From Phascolarctobacterium succinatutens (GTDB lineage: Bacteria; Bacillota; Clostridia; Christensenellales; CAG-917), in assembly GCA_963593735.1 (NCBI GenBank), contig CAVBBF010000001.1:9569-73568 (forward strand): a DNA stretch of 64,000 bases. The letters are read 5' to 3'. The position numbers and the translations under genes are program-made. Positions 17,796-28,254 of this stretch are shown here, piece after piece (position 1 is the first letter of the stretch; each line of letters starts with the position of its first letter). The notes under the pieces were generated by a model. The model had not been told where the DNA came from and did not search any database. It saw nothing but the letters and a program-made list of their open reading frames with translations.

Positions 17796-20216
17796 TTATG
17801 CGATTATGTTCACAAGCCTGTTCGGCACGACGATAATCTTTTTCGGTGCGCCCGAAAGTTGGTCTTTGACGGCTTCGAGCGCCGCTTTTTCGATTTCGTC
17901 CTTGCTTGCCGAAGACGGAACGGTGACCTTTGCTCTCATCTTCGAGTTGATTTGAACGGCGAGTTCAATTTCGTCCAGCACCATTGCGGCAGGATCGAAC
18001 GTCGGATAAGATTGATTGAAAACGCTGTACTTTTGTCCGAGCATTTCCCAAAGTTCCTCGCAGAAATGCGGCGCAAACGGAGCGAGCAAAAGTACGAGGT
18101 CTTTTGCGCAATCCTTGTAGATTGCGTTCTTCTTTGCCACGTTCGCTTCGTAGTTGTACATCGCGTTGACGAATTCCATAAGTCTTGCAACCGCCGTGTT
18201 GAACGAGAATACGCCGAGGTCGTTGGTGACGCACTTTATCGTGTTGTGGCGCACGCGGTTGAGTTCCTTTTCGGCTTTCGAAAGAGGCGCGTTGTCGAAG
18301 TTGACTTCGAAACACTTTTTGACGATGCGTTCCACTCTATCGAAGAAACGGCTGATGGATTCGAGTCCGTTGTCGTTCCACGGACCGCCCTCGACATAGT
18401 TGAAGCCGAACATAAGATACACTCTGAAAATGTCCGCGCCGTACTTTGCAATCGAATCGTCGGGAGAGACGACGTTGCCCTTTGATTTGGACATCTTGTT
18501 GCCGTCGGGGCCCAATATGGTGCCTTGGTGAACGAGAGAAAGGAAGGGTTCGTCAAAGTTGAGATAACCCATATCTCTCAACGCTTTGGTGAAGAAACGC
18601 GCGTACAAAAGGTGCATGCAGGCGTGTTCCGCGCCGCCGATGTATTTGTCCACGGGAAGCATTTTGTTTATCCATTCGGTGTCGAAAGGCTTGTCCTCGT
18701 TCTTGGGGTCGGCGTATCTGAGATAATACCAACTCGAACAGACAAACGTGTCGAGAGTGTCCGCGTCGCGCTTTGCGGGACGTCCGCAAACAGGGCATAC
18801 GGTGTTGATAAATTCGTCGCACTTTTTGAGAGGCGATTCGCCGTCGGGCGTAAAGTTTACGTTATGCGGAAGGCGCACGGGCAAATCTTTTTCGGGAACG
18901 GGAACGTCGCCGCAGTGGTCGCAGTGAATGATGGGGATAGGCGCGCCCCAGTAGCGTTGACGACTTACGAGCCAGTCGCGCAAACGATAGTTGGTTTTAA
19001 GACCTCCCTTGCCTTCTTTTTCGAGTTTTTTGAGAATTGCGAGTTTGCCATCCTCGCTTGTCATACCGTCGAATTCACCGCTGTTGCAAAGCACGCCGTA
19101 TTCACAGAACGGAAGATCGTCGTTTGAACCGTCTCTGCTCTTGATTACTCTCTTTATCGGGAGTCCGAGTTTTTGAGCAAACACGAAGTCGCGCTCGTCG
19201 TGAGCGGCAACGCCCATAACCGCGCCCGTGCCGTAACTTGCGATAACGTAGTCCGCAACCAAAATAGGCACGGCTTCGCCGTTGACGGGATTTATTGCAT
19301 ATGCGCCTGTCGGCACGCCCGTCTTCTCTCTTGTGGAGGACATACGGTCGATTTCGGTGGCTTTCGCGCTCTTTTCTTTGTATTCTTCGACCGCAGCCTT
19401 TTGTTCGTTTGTCACAACCAAATCCACAAGCGGACTCTCGGGTGCGAGAACGACGTAGGTTACGCCGAATATCGTGTCGGCTCTCGTCGTAAACACTTTG
19501 AATTTGACGTCGCTGTCTTTGACTTGGAATTCGACTTCGCCGCCGTAACTTCTGCCGATCCAGTTCTTTTGCATAAGTTTGGTCTTTTCGGGCCAGTCGA
19601 GTTTGTCTATGCAATCGAGCAATTCATCTGCATATGCGGTGATTTTGAAGAACCACTGATTGAGATTCTTGTGCGTGACCTGACTTCCGCATCTTTCGCA
19701 AACGCCGCCTTGCGCTTGTTCGTTGGCAAGCACGGTGTTGCAGGACGGACACCAGTTTACGGGCGCTTCCTTGCGGTAGGCAAGTCCTTTTTTGTAGAGT
19801 TGAAGGAACATCCATTGCGTCCACTTGTAGTAGTCTGGCATACAAGTTTTAATCTCGTAATCCCAATCGTACATTGCGCCGATACGCTTGAGTTGTCCTT
19901 CCATCGTGGCGATGTTTTTAAGCGTGCTTTCCTCGGGGTGAATGCCCGTCTTTATGGCGTAGTTTTCGGCAGGAAGTCCGAAAGCGTCGAATCCCATCGG
20001 CTGAAAAACTTCGTAGCCTTGCATACGCTTAAAACGTGCGAAAGTGTCGGCAGGTCCGTAGTTGTACCAGTGCCCGGCGTGAAGTTTCGCTCCCGAAGGA
20101 TAGGAAAACATTTCGAGACAATAATACTTTTTGTCAACTCTTGAACGGTCGAATTTGTAAAGTCCGGTGTCTGCCCAGATTTTTTGCCACTTGCTTTCTA
20201 TTTGCTTATAGTCCAT
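17796..20216 (-). CDS. leuS: Leucine--tRNA ligase
   Basis: 806 aa. [15 protein letters not shown] (HIGH region) and KMSKSKGN motifs. Confidence 0.95.
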   Translation of the reverse strand: MDYKQIESKWQKIWADTGLYKFDRSRVDKKYYCLEMFSYPSGAKLHAGHWYNYGPADTFARFKRMQGYEVFQPMGFDAFGLPAENYAIKTGIHPEESTLKNIATMEGQLKRIGAMYDWDYEIKTCMPDYYKWTQWMFLQLYKKGLAYRKEAPVNWCPSCNTVLANEQAQGGVCERCGSQVTHKNLNQWFFKITAYADELLDCIDKLDWPEKTKLMQKNWIGRSYGGEVEFQVKDSDVKFKVFTTRADTIFGVTYVVLAPESPLVDLVVTNEQKAAVEEYKEKSAKATEIDRMSSTREKTGVPTGAYAINPVNGEAVPILVADYVIASYGTGAVMGVAAHDERDFVFAQKLGLPIKRVIKSRDGSNDDLPFCEYGVLCNSGEFDGMTSEDGKLAILKKLEKEGKGGLKTNYRLRDWLVSRQRYWGAPIPIIHCDHCGDVPVPEKDLPVRLPHNVNFTPDGESPLKKCDEFINTVCPVCGRPAKRDADTLDTFVCSSWYYLRYADPKNEDKPFDTEWINKMLPVDKYIGGAEHACMHLLYARFFTKALRDMGYLNFDEPFLSLVHQGTILGPDGNKMSKSKGNVVSPDDSIAKYGADIFRVYLMFGFNYVEGGPWNDNGLESISRFFDRVERIVKKCFEVNFDNAPLSKAEKELNRVRHNTIKCVTNDLGVFSFNTAVARLMEFVNAMYNYEANVAKKNAIYKDCAKDLVLLLAPFAPHFCEELWEMLGQKYSVFNQSYPTFDPAAMVLDEIELAVQINSKMRAKVTVPSSASKDEIEKAALEAVKDQLSGAPKKIIVVPNRLVNIIA

Positions 20217-20384
20217 AAGCGCGAGTTACCTCTACAAAAATAATAATATTTAGTTTAATACCATAAACGGCACATTGTCAAGCGCGAGCGCAAACTCGAA
20301 CCGCTCTTGCGCCGTGTATACGGCTTAAAATCTCGGAAATATGCGCAATATTCGCATTTTTGAAAGTTTTGCGGCGATTGCCTA

Positions 20385-20413
20385 TTGAATAGGGCTTGAA
20401 AAATTGTTATAAT
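20385..20413 (+). promoter_or_regulatory. Putative promoter of the GH5 gene
   Basis: TTGAAT, 17 nt, TATAAT, 32 nt upstream of ATG 20445. Confidence 0.6.
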
Positions 20414-20444
20414 CGATACGATACCGTCACATAGAGGGAAAATT

Positions 20445-21872
20445 ATGAAAAACCGTATTATTTCGACATTGCTTATAGTCACGATTTTTGCGGCGTTGCT
20501 TACGCTCGTCGCCTGCAACGACAAAGGCGAGAGCGTAACGTTCGTAAAGACGGACGGCGCGAAGATTATAGACGAAAACGGCAAGGCAATCGGGCTTTAC
20601 GGCACGAATCTGGGCGGCTGGCTCGTGCAAGAGAGTTGGCTCGTACCCACCGACATAGGAGAAACCTACGGTCAGATAGATATGATGCTGGAACTTGCAA
20701 ACAGATTCGGCGAGAACGGCATGAACGAATTGCTCGACGTTTACGAGGACAACTGGGTCACCGAACTCGACTTCGAGCGTATCAAAGACCTCGGCTTGAA
20801 CTGCGTGCGCATTCCCTTCACCTATATGAATCTCACAAACCCGATAAAGCAAGTCGGCGACAAATACGAGCGCACGCCGTATGCCGAACTCGCCGTTGAC
20901 GAAAGCAAGTTCGCGCGTCTCGACTGGGCAATCGAGATGTGCAAAAAGTATTCGCTTTACGCCATCCTCGATATGCACGGCGCGGTCGGCTCGCAAAGCG
21001 GCAACGACCATACGGGCGACATTGCGTACCCCGACGGCGGCAGACTTTGGGGCGAGGACGAAACAGGCGAGATTTGCCGCGCAAAAACGAAAGAAATTTG
21101 GGTTGCGATTGCAAATCGCTACAAAAACAACCCGACGGTTGCCGTGTACGACCTTATGAACGAACCCGGCATAAAAAGGAACGGCAACCAAACCACCACG
21201 TCAAGAACTCACGAGTATTTCGACGAACTCTACAAGGCGATTCGCGAGGTTGACAACAACCATATAATCTGCATGGAAGCGTGCTGGAATTTCGGCAATC
21301 TTCCCAATCCGAGCAAATACGGATGGGAAAACGTGATTTATCAATACCATCAGTATAACTGGGCAAGTTCGGGCACTGCCAACGCAGCATATTACGGCTT
21401 TCAAATCACCGCAAACAACCTCGCAACCCAAAAGTATAACGTGCCTGTGCTTATCGGCGAATTCAACGTGTGGCCCGACTCTCACGAGGACAAAGTGAAG
21501 GCGACGGGAAAGGAGTCTTCGCAAACGGAAGAGCAAGCGTGGAGCGGAGTTATGGAACTCTATTGCGGACTGGGCTGGAACTTCACCACATGGAACTTCA
21601 AGCACGCCGCAAAACATTCGTCGTGGGGACTTTTCAACTACGACGACAGCGTCGAGGGGATGAACGAGCAAGCAAATTACAAAACTATGAACAAGGAAGA
21701 AATCGCAAGAATTTGGGCAAAGCACAATTCAAAAAACTACGTTGTCAACACCTCGCTTGCAAATTGCATAACGCCCCACCTTTCCTCATTCAACACAAAC
21801 GGCAACGACAATCGTTCGCTCAATGACATCAAAGCGGAAAAGGACTACTATATTCTTCGCGGCGAAAATTGA
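20445..21872 (+). CDS. Glycoside hydrolase family 5 lipoprotein
   Basis: Lipobox LTLVACND. GH5 catalytic blocks DLMNEPG and IGEFN. 475 aa. Confidence 0.8.
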   Translation: MKNRIISTLLIVTIFAALLTLVACNDKGESVTFVKTDGAKIIDENGKAIGLYGTNLGGWLVQESWLVPTDIGETYGQIDMMLELANRFGENGMNELLDVYEDNWVTELDFERIKDLGLNCVRIPFTYMNLTNPIKQVGDKYERTPYAELAVDESKFARLDWAIEMCKKYSLYAILDMHGAVGSQSGNDHTGDIAYPDGGRLWGEDETGEICRAKTKEIWVAIANRYKNNPTVAVYDLMNEPGIKRNGNQTTTSRTHEYFDELYKAIREVDNNHIICMEACWNFGNLPNPSKYGWENVIYQYHQYNWASSGTANAAYYGFQITANNLATQKYNVPVLIGEFNVWPDSHEDKVKATGKESSQTEEQAWSGVMELYCGLGWNFTTWNFKHAAKHSSWGLFNYDDSVEGMNEQANYKTMNKEEIARIWAKHNSKNYVVNTSLANCITPHLSSFNTNGNDNRSLNDIKAEKDYYILRGEN

Positions 21873-21952
21873 TAAACGAGGATTGAGAGCAACGTTGGAC
21901 ATAACGAATCAATCGTGATATAATAATCCAATCAACAAAAACGAGGGACATT

Positions 21953-22564
21953 ATGTTCGTATCATTCGAAGGTTGCGAGGGCGTGGGAAAATCCACGCAA
22001 CTGAAACTTCTCAAAGAATATCTCGAATCCACAAACCAGCACGCTGTGTATGTGCGTGAGCCGGGCAGCACCCGTATAAGCGAGCAAATCCGCAAGGTCA
22101 TTCTCAACCCCGAAAACGACGAGATGACAGGCGTAACCGAAGCGTATCTTTACGCCTCGTCGAGAGCGCAACTCGTGCGCGAGGTCATAAAACCCGCGCT
22201 CGAAAGAGGCGATCTCGTTGTGTGCGACAGATACGTGGACAGTTCAATTGCTTATCAAGGTTACGCGCGCGGTTTGGGCGCGGACCTCATAAAGAAAATC
22301 AACTCGCCCGCAATAGACGGACTTTTGCCAGACGTTACGATTTTCATCGACTTAAAGCCGAGCGAAGCGTGGCGCACTTTCCGCATAACCGACGACAGAC
22401 TGGAACTCGAATCGGCGGACTTCCACGACAGAGTTTATGCGGGCTATAATGCAGAAATGGCAGGTTCAGACCCTCGTTTCGTGCGGATAAAACCCGATTT
22501 CGACAAAAACGTAACGTCGCAAAAGATTATCGCGGCTCTTAGAGAAAGAGGTGCAATCAAGTGA
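21953..22564 (+). CDS. tmk: dTMP kinase
   Basis: FEGCEGVGKSTQ P-loop and DRYVDSSIAYQG. 203 aa. Confidence 0.95.
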   Translation: MFVSFEGCEGVGKSTQLKLLKEYLESTNQHAVYVREPGSTRISEQIRKVILNPENDEMTGVTEAYLYASSRAQLVREVIKPALERGDLVVCDRYVDSSIAYQGYARGLGADLIKKINSPAIDGLLPDVTIFIDLKPSEAWRTFRITDDRLELESADFHDRVYAGYNAEMAGSDPRFVRIKPDFDKNVTSQKIIAALRERGAIK

Positions 22565-23535
22565 GTGAAATCACCTTTGAAAAAGTCTTGCGCGCCTCGC
22601 GTGCGTACGGACTCATACACAACGATTTTTCTTCGGGACTCGGGCACGCGTATATGGTCGTGTCCCCCGACGACGAAATCGTCGACGAATTTTTCACACT
22701 CGTAGCGGCAAGCGTTTATTGTCAAAAAGGCAACGCCTGCCTTCAATGTTCCGAGTGCAGAAAGGTGCTTCACAACAACCACCCCGACATATATCACGTC
22801 TTCCCCACCAAAGACAAAATCAAGGTTGACGACATCGAGCAAATGCTCGACACCGTGTCCGTCAAACCGCTTTCGGATCGCAAAATCTACTTCATACACC
22901 GCGCGGATCAAATGAACGCGCAGGCGCAAAACAAACTTCTCAAAACTCTCGAAGAACCGCCCAAAGACGTTACTATTTTTCTTGGCGTAGCAAACGAAGC
23001 GAGCGTGCTCGACACCATAAAATCGCGTGCGAGAGGGATTGCTATGGACGTGTTCGACGAGGATGTCGTGTACAATGCGCTTATCTCGCTCGGCATAGAC
23101 GAAGGCACTTGCGCCATAGCGGCGGCGTGCAGCGAAGGTCAACTCGGCAAAGCGCGCAAGATTGCTCTTTCGCCCAAGTACGCAGACCTTTATAAGTGCG
23201 CGATTTACGTCCTCACCAACCTCGCGCGCAGTTCGGATGTCGTAAGAGTGGACGGAATCGTGACGAGCGAGTCGGATCTTAGCGGACTTTTGGACGTTTT
23301 GAGCATCATCCTTCGCGATATGCTCGTATGCAAACAAAATCAAAATCTGATGTTGTCCAAACACTTATCATCGGACATAATAAATTTGAGCGGGCGTTAC
23401 TCGGAGCGCGCCCTTGCGGAAATCCTTTTCAAGATAAACGTCGCAAGACGCAAACTCTCTCTCAACGTCAACGTCACGGCAACCGTAGACGACCTGCTCT
23501 TTTCAATGTTGGAGGCAAAACATAAATGGCAATAA
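22561..23535 (+). CDS. holB: DNA polymerase III subunit delta'
   Basis: Follows tmk with a 4 nt overlap (GTG start). NKLLKTLEEPP motif. 324 aa. Confidence 0.85.
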   Translation: MSEITFEKVLRASRAYGLIHNDFSSGLGHAYMVVSPDDEIVDEFFTLVAASVYCQKGNACLQCSECRKVLHNNHPDIYHVFPTKDKIKVDDIEQMLDTVSVKPLSDRKIYFIHRADQMNAQAQNKLLKTLEEPPKDVTIFLGVANEASVLDTIKSRARGIAMDVFDEDVVYNALISLGIDEGTCAIAAACSEGQLGKARKIALSPKYADLYKCAIYVLTNLARSSDVVRVDGIVTSESDLSGLLDVLSIILRDMLVCKQNQNLMLSKHLSSDIINLSGRYSERALAEILFKINVARRKLSLNVNVTATVDDLLFSMLEAKHKWQ

Positions 23536-24383
23536 TCGTAGGCATAAAATTCAAAAACACCAACAAGGTGTACTATTTCGACCCCAAAGGCTTGACCTTT
23601 GAAGAAAACGACGGCGTTATCGTCGAAACGACGCGCGGACCCGAATACGCAACCTGCGCCATCGCAAACAAGGAAGTGGACGAGCGCGAAATCGTGCAAC
23701 CGCTCAAACCCGTCATCCGCAAAGCGACGGAAGAGGATTTGAACCGCCTTGAAAAAAACAATCAGGACAAGGAACACGCCCTCAAAGTCATTCGCGACAA
23801 AGTGGCGGAAATGAACTTGAGTATGAAACTCGTGGATGCCGAATACACTTTCGACCGCACCAAACTCATATTCTACTTCACAGCCGAAGGGAGAGTGGAC
23901 TTCAGAGAACTCGTGCGCGTGCTTGCGTCCATATTCAAAGTCCGTATCGAACTTCGCCAGATTTACGAGCGCGACGACACCAAAATGCGCGGCGCACTTG
24001 CACCCTGCGGTCGCCCCTGCTGCTGCACCACCCACCTTCCCGACTTTGAAAAAGTGTCCATAAAGATGGCAAAAGTGCAAGGATTGAGCCTCAATCCGCA
24101 AAAGATAAGCGGCGTGTGCGGAAGATTGATGTGCTGCCTTAAATACGAAAACGCGTATTACACCGAAACGTACAAACTTATGCCGAAAGTGGGAAGCAAG
24201 GTCAAAACGCCGGACGGCGAAGGCACGGTTGAATCAAACGATTTGATAAAGCAAACCGCCCGCGTAAAGGTTATGCTCAAAGACGGCAGTTTCGACGTGC
24301 GCACCTACGCCCTCGAAGATATGAAAATCGGCGAACGACAATCCACCGCCGAAATCGACTCGATGTCCGACAAAGAGGACTAA
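23526..24383 (+). CDS. ricT: PSP1 domain protein (RicT/YaaT-like)
   Basis: Conserved tmk-holB-yaaT order. Cys cluster CGRPCCC...CGRLMCCLKYE. 285 aa. Confidence 0.85.
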   Translation: MAIIVGIKFKNTNKVYYFDPKGLTFEENDGVIVETTRGPEYATCAIANKEVDEREIVQPLKPVIRKATEEDLNRLEKNNQDKEHALKVIRDKVAEMNLSMKLVDAEYTFDRTKLIFYFTAEGRVDFRELVRVLASIFKVRIELRQIYERDDTKMRGALAPCGRPCCCTTHLPDFEKVSIKMAKVQGLSLNPQKISGVCGRLMCCLKYENAYYTETYKLMPKVGSKVKTPDGEGTVESNDLIKQTARVKVMLKDGSFDVRTYALEDMKIGERQSTAEIDSMSDKED

Positions 24384-24399
24384 TTAAAAACCGCTAATC

Positions 24400-24447
24400 A
24401 AAAAGAGGCATTTGACCGACAATCCGTCGCACAAATGCCTCTTTTTT
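24400..24447. terminator. Bidirectional terminator between ricT and the 197 aa gene
   Basis: AAGAGGCATTTG (17 nt) CAAATGCCTCTT flanked by A5 and T6 tracts. Genes converge on both sides. Confidence 0.8.
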
Positions 24448-24460
24448 AATACGCAAACAC

Positions 24461-25054
24461 TTAATTATTTTCCCTCTTTGCCTCTTCCAAATCTTTCCCT
24501 TTTCCCCACAAAAATTTGTCAATCTGTCGATATGTATAATTTTGCAAATCAAACACACTTATAAACGCATTATATATTGCAACAAATCTGTCATAAGGGA
24601 TTTTGTCTTTGCAGAACCTGTTTGTAAAACCGTACTTTTTGTTTATATCCGACAACATTTCACGCGAAATTCTATCGTAAATCGGATATTTTGCATTGTT
24701 GAAAAAGGCGCAAAACTTACTCGCAAATGACAAATATTCTTTGTCGCCGACTTTTGAAATTTCCGACACCAACAAAATATCACCGTTGTTAAGTCGATTT
24801 TTTAAATCATTCACATTAATTATTCGTTGAATGAGATTCTCAAAATCAGACGGATAAATGTGCGTGCTATACAGAGTGTTTATCAACGCGGCAACGGCAA
24901 TTATGTTGTTTTCGTTTATCTCGCTTAATTTTGAGAATCTTGCTATCAACTCATCTTGCCTGCCCGATTCGCTCTTATCAAATCGAGCATTGTACTCCTC
25001 TATCTCGGATTTTAATTCTACTATATCTTCAATGTTTATTTTTGTTGTTTCCAT
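24461..25054 (-). CDS. Hypothetical protein (197 aa)
   Basis: ATG at 25054 with a GAGGAAAA RBS; the ORF-track start at 25066 is TTG. No family recognised with confidence. Located in an AT-richer segment. Confidence 0.6.
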   Translation of the reverse strand: METTKINIEDIVELKSEIEEYNARFDKSESGRQDELIARFSKLSEINENNIIAVAALINTLYSTHIYPSDFENLIQRIINVNDLKNRLNNGDILLVSEISKVGDKEYLSFASKFCAFFNNAKYPIYDRISREMLSDINKKYGFTNRFCKDKIPYDRFVAIYNAFISVFDLQNYTYRQIDKFLWGKGKDLEEAKRENN

Positions 25055-25073
25055 ACTTTTCCTCAATATAATC

Positions 25074-27494
25074 TTATGCTACATACTCATAATTCTTAGT
25101 AACATTTATCAATCTTGTATTATTTTCCCCAATGGAAATTGCTTCCCATTGTTCCTTTGTTCCTGTATAGTTTACGGTTTCCAGTCTATCACAATATTCG
25201 AAAGCATAGTCTCCAATACTCGAAACACTATCGGAAAGTGTTACGCTTGTCAAATTTCTACAATTATAAAAGGCATAGGCAAGAATGTTTCCGCCCGACA
25301 CTGTAATATGCCTCAAAGTTGACGGGATATAATAATACCGCTCACGTCTTGTTGATGTACTATCATAATAATATTGCTTTGTGCTAACACAACCGTCATA
25401 ACTGTCAATGCCAAAGATATACCCTAACGGATATTTGTAATCACTGCTTGTGACATTTGCTTTTGCTCCGACAAATGGGATTGTAATGCTTTCAAGAGAC
25501 GAACATCCAGAGAACGCTCCGTAACCGATGCTCGTTACATTGTCCGAAACCGTTATACTCGTTAAACCGGTACAATTTTTCAAGGCATTTGCGGGAATAC
25601 TCGTTATCTCGTTTGGAATGGTAAAATCGCCTGTTGGAATTGCACCGTCAATGTACAGTCTTGCATTAGTTGAAGCGACAAGCGGATTGCTTGAATTATT
25701 CTCAAAATCGATTGCGCACCATTTTGCCAACGATTTAATATTAATATCTTCAATATTTGAACAATAAGAAAACGCATTTTCACCTATTCTCGTCACACTG
25801 TCAGGAATGTTTATACTCGTCAAGCCCCAACAACCATAAAAAGCATTATAGCCAATGTTAGTCACACTATTAGGGATTTCTATCGACTTAATCATCGTGC
25901 AACCCTCGAAGCCAGCAACACGGCTTCCTCCTGCAATGCTTATATGTTCAAGGCCGTTGGGAATATAATAGCCTCTTACTTTTACACTATTCGCAAATTC
26001 TTCACCAGAAAAACAATCTATCCATGAAACATAACCATTTGAGAGTGATAGCGTTGTAAGCCCTGAGCATCCGATCAATGTTCCTTTTCCCATATTCGTT
26101 ACGTTTTCACTAAAAACAACATTTTCAAGACTTGTCACGTTTTTAAACAATCCGTCTTGGAACGTTGCGTTTGTTGCGTTAAAATACGCAGCCGTCAATC
26201 CGATGCAGTTTTCAAATATTTTTTCGCCGATAAATAAAACATTTTGCGGAATCGTTATTACCGACAATTCGCTATGATTTGAAAACAATCCGCTTGCTAT
26301 TACACGCGTATCGTCTTTGAGTTCTTCAATCTTTTTGCAAGCACCCTTTACACCCAATGCAATATCGTTGGAATAAATAACCCCGTCGTTTTGATTTTGA
26401 TACCACAACGAATTTACCAAGACGCTCTTTCCGACAGACGTCACAGAACTCGGCAAAGATATGTTTTTCAATTTGGCACAACCCGCAAAAACGTTATCGC
26501 CGATAGCCTTAATGCTTGTCGGCAATTCGATATGATCAAGAGCAAGCCAATTTCTAAAAGAATCCGTCGGAAGAGATTCTACCGACTCGTCGAGATAAGC
26601 CAAACTTATTACGCTATGATACATTCCGAACGAAGAAGACGGCACTTCTTTTCCGTAGAACTCGGCGCAGAAAGTATTCGCTTCTTGATTGTACATTAAA
26701 ATTGAGCCTTTCACGCTCGATATGCATGCATAACCGCAAAAATCGCACTGTTCACCCGATAGCAATTCTCTGTGCTTGTCGAGATTCTCGACTTGCGCAA
26801 TCTCTTGGCGTCTTTCTGCGCCGCATACTTCGCAAACGTCTATTTCAAATCCGCTTGACGTACACGTTGCAGGAACACTTTTAGTTTTTATATACGTATG
26901 CGTGTGCGACCCTGTCGGAGATCTCGGAATATCCGTAACATCGCGACGCTCTTTACATCCGCTTATTGTGCAATGGTGTGATTTCTCGCCCTTTGTAAAA
27001 TATGTAGGTTCTACATCGATTGTCCATTCCTCTGAAAATTTATGTTCGCCGATAGTCGGCATATCTTCGTACTCTTCCGCATTGCACAGCGAACAATACC
27101 AAACTCTCAACCCCTTTTCGGTGTGCGACGGCATATTAAGAACGTGCCATTCGCCAAACTCGTGTTTGTGCGACACCCATTTTACATAAACGTCCAAATC
27201 ACTGGAAAACCCGATTTTTTTCAACGCCTCAAATGAAGTCGCTGTACGGAACAGTGAATCCAAATATATTCCGTCCATTGAATAGCCTGTTCGTTCTATC
27301 GTAGGTATATCGTCGTCTATTGTCCAAGTAAACGTCTTTTCGCCGTTGTTTGGGTGCACCGTAACAACATACACAACGGGAACAGACGGATTTTGCGGTT
27401 CTTCCGTATTAGAGTCCGTGCTATTGCACGCCACAAGCGCAGTACACAAAATCAAAACCAACGTAATTGCCAAAACAAAAGAAAATTTTTTCAT
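25074..27494 (-). CDS. BspA-type leucine-rich-repeat surface lipoprotein
   Basis: Start at MKKFSFVLAITLVLILCTALVACNS (lipobox) with a GGGAGA RBS. Many ~23 aa repeats of the form IPxSVTxIGxxAFxxCxxLxSI. A Cys-rich N-terminal region precedes the repeats. Confidence 0.85.
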   Translation of the reverse strand: MKKFSFVLAITLVLILCTALVACNSTDSNTEEPQNPSVPVVYVVTVHPNNGEKTFTWTIDDDIPTIERTGYSMDGIYLDSLFRTATSFEALKKIGFSSDLDVYVKWVSHKHEFGEWHVLNMPSHTEKGLRVWYCSLCNAEEYEDMPTIGEHKFSEEWTIDVEPTYFTKGEKSHHCTISGCKERRDVTDIPRSPTGSHTHTYIKTKSVPATCTSSGFEIDVCEVCGAERRQEIAQVENLDKHRELLSGEQCDFCGYACISSVKGSILMYNQEANTFCAEFYGKEVPSSSFGMYHSVISLAYLDESVESLPTDSFRNWLALDHIELPTSIKAIGDNVFAGCAKLKNISLPSSVTSVGKSVLVNSLWYQNQNDGVIYSNDIALGVKGACKKIEELKDDTRVIASGLFSNHSELSVITIPQNVLFIGEKIFENCIGLTAAYFNATNATFQDGLFKNVTSLENVVFSENVTNMGKGTLIGCSGLTTLSLSNGYVSWIDCFSGEEFANSVKVRGYYIPNGLEHISIAGGSRVAGFEGCTMIKSIEIPNSVTNIGYNAFYGCWGLTSINIPDSVTRIGENAFSYCSNIEDINIKSLAKWCAIDFENNSSNPLVASTNARLYIDGAIPTGDFTIPNEITSIPANALKNCTGLTSITVSDNVTSIGYGAFSGCSSLESITIPFVGAKANVTSSDYKYPLGYIFGIDSYDGCVSTKQYYYDSTSTRRERYYYIPSTLRHITVSGGNILAYAFYNCRNLTSVTLSDSVSSIGDYAFEYCDRLETVNYTGTKEQWEAISIGENNTRLINVTKNYEYVA

Positions 27495-27506
27495 TCGTTT
27501 TCTCCC

Positions 27507-27541
27507 AATCAAAAAACGGATGCAAATTTGCACCCGTTTTT
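27507..27541 (-). promoter_or_regulatory. Terminator-like hairpin immediately upstream of the RBS of the LRR lipoprotein gene (possible attenuator)
   Basis: On the minus strand: AAAAACGGGTGCAAA TTTGCATCCGTTTTTT, followed by GATTGGGAGAAAACGA ATG. Confidence 0.5.
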
Positions 27542-27881
27542 CACAAAAATATAACAAGTGCATATCCGCTTGATTTTGCCACAAACCTTATCCAAAGAAC
27601 AATCGGATAACGCGAATAATGCACCTGTTACCATAAGGTAAGGCACCCGATTGTTCTCTATTCAGTTTGTGGCGACAATAGAATATCACCAATCGGGCAA
27701 ATAGTCAATATATCCAAAATCTCAAACCATTACCGAAAACAAAAAGAATTCGCTTTATAAACAGTTTTACGTTTAGAAAGCACATTTATCTTGATTTCTG
27801 CATAACAAGCGGTTAAAAACTTCGATATTTAGATGAAGAACAAGGAAAAGCCCCTTGTTCGGCAACCCTAATGTGTAAGTT

Positions 27882-28008
27882 GTAAAAACTCGCCATTGAG
27901 ATGAAGAACAAGAAAGAGCCTCACAATCAGGCAGGAGCGTACATTGACGTACGTGACTGTTTGATTGAGAGGCTCTGCCGCCGTTATTCGCTCAATGGCG
28001 AGTTTTAC
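27882..28008 (+). repeat. HP repeat, copy 4
   Basis: S1 GTAAAAACTCGCCATTGAG/CTCAATGGCGAGTTTTAC, S2 AGAGCCTC/GAGGCTCT plus CAATCA/TGATTG, apex CAG GA GCGTAC attgac GTACGT GA CTG (symmetric GA/GA loop). The 3' arm covers the stop codon of the 43 aa ORF. A 5'-half copy lies at 27823-27881. Confidence 0.9.
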
Positions 28009-28136
28009 TTGCAGTTTTTGGTTTCTCTGCTCTTTTCACACCCACAATCTTTGGATTTCGTTGTTTTGCTCGTTTTCGGTTCGTCGCAATGGCATGCGCC
28101 GCTGCGTTTGGTTTGTTTGGTTTCGGATTTTGCCAT
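28005..28136 (-). CDS. Small Cys-rich hypothetical protein (43 aa)
   Basis: Not in the ORF track. AAGGAG RBS lies 7 nt upstream of ATG 28136. Translates MAKSETKQTKRSGACHCDEPKTSKTTKSKDCGCEKSRETKNCK. The stop codon lies inside the outer stem of hairpin repeat copy 4. Confidence 0.45.
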   Translation of the reverse strand: MAKSETKQTKRSGACHCDEPKTSKTTKSKDCGCEKSRETKNCK

Positions 28137-28254
28137 AAAATTTCTCCTTTTTAGGCTGTGAGCCTTGATTTTTGTTTATCCTTGCGGACTAATGGTAGTA
28201 TGGCAAAATTCATTGACTTGTATACCTTGCAAGCGCAAAAAATTGTGGTATAAT

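Noticed and set aside
16421-20444. T-box leaders upstream of the aminoacyl-tRNA synthetase genes (serS, leuS, aspS/asnA, asnS, argS).
   Set aside because: The upstream regions are short (serS 91 nt, leuS leader about 45 nt, asnS about 120 nt) or made of repeat modules (asnA, argS). I found no T-box consensus (..GGTGGTACCGCG..) or specifier-loop architecture.
27901-28161. An 86 aa ORF beginning MKNKKEP, and the recurrent ATGAAGAAC (MKN) at the start of every hairpin repeat.
   Set aside because: ATGAAGAAC is part of the conserved 5' strand of the repeat. In other copies the frame stops after 8-13 codons. There is no SD upstream. The long ORF here exists only because it reads through the repeat, antisense to a better-supported 43 aa gene.
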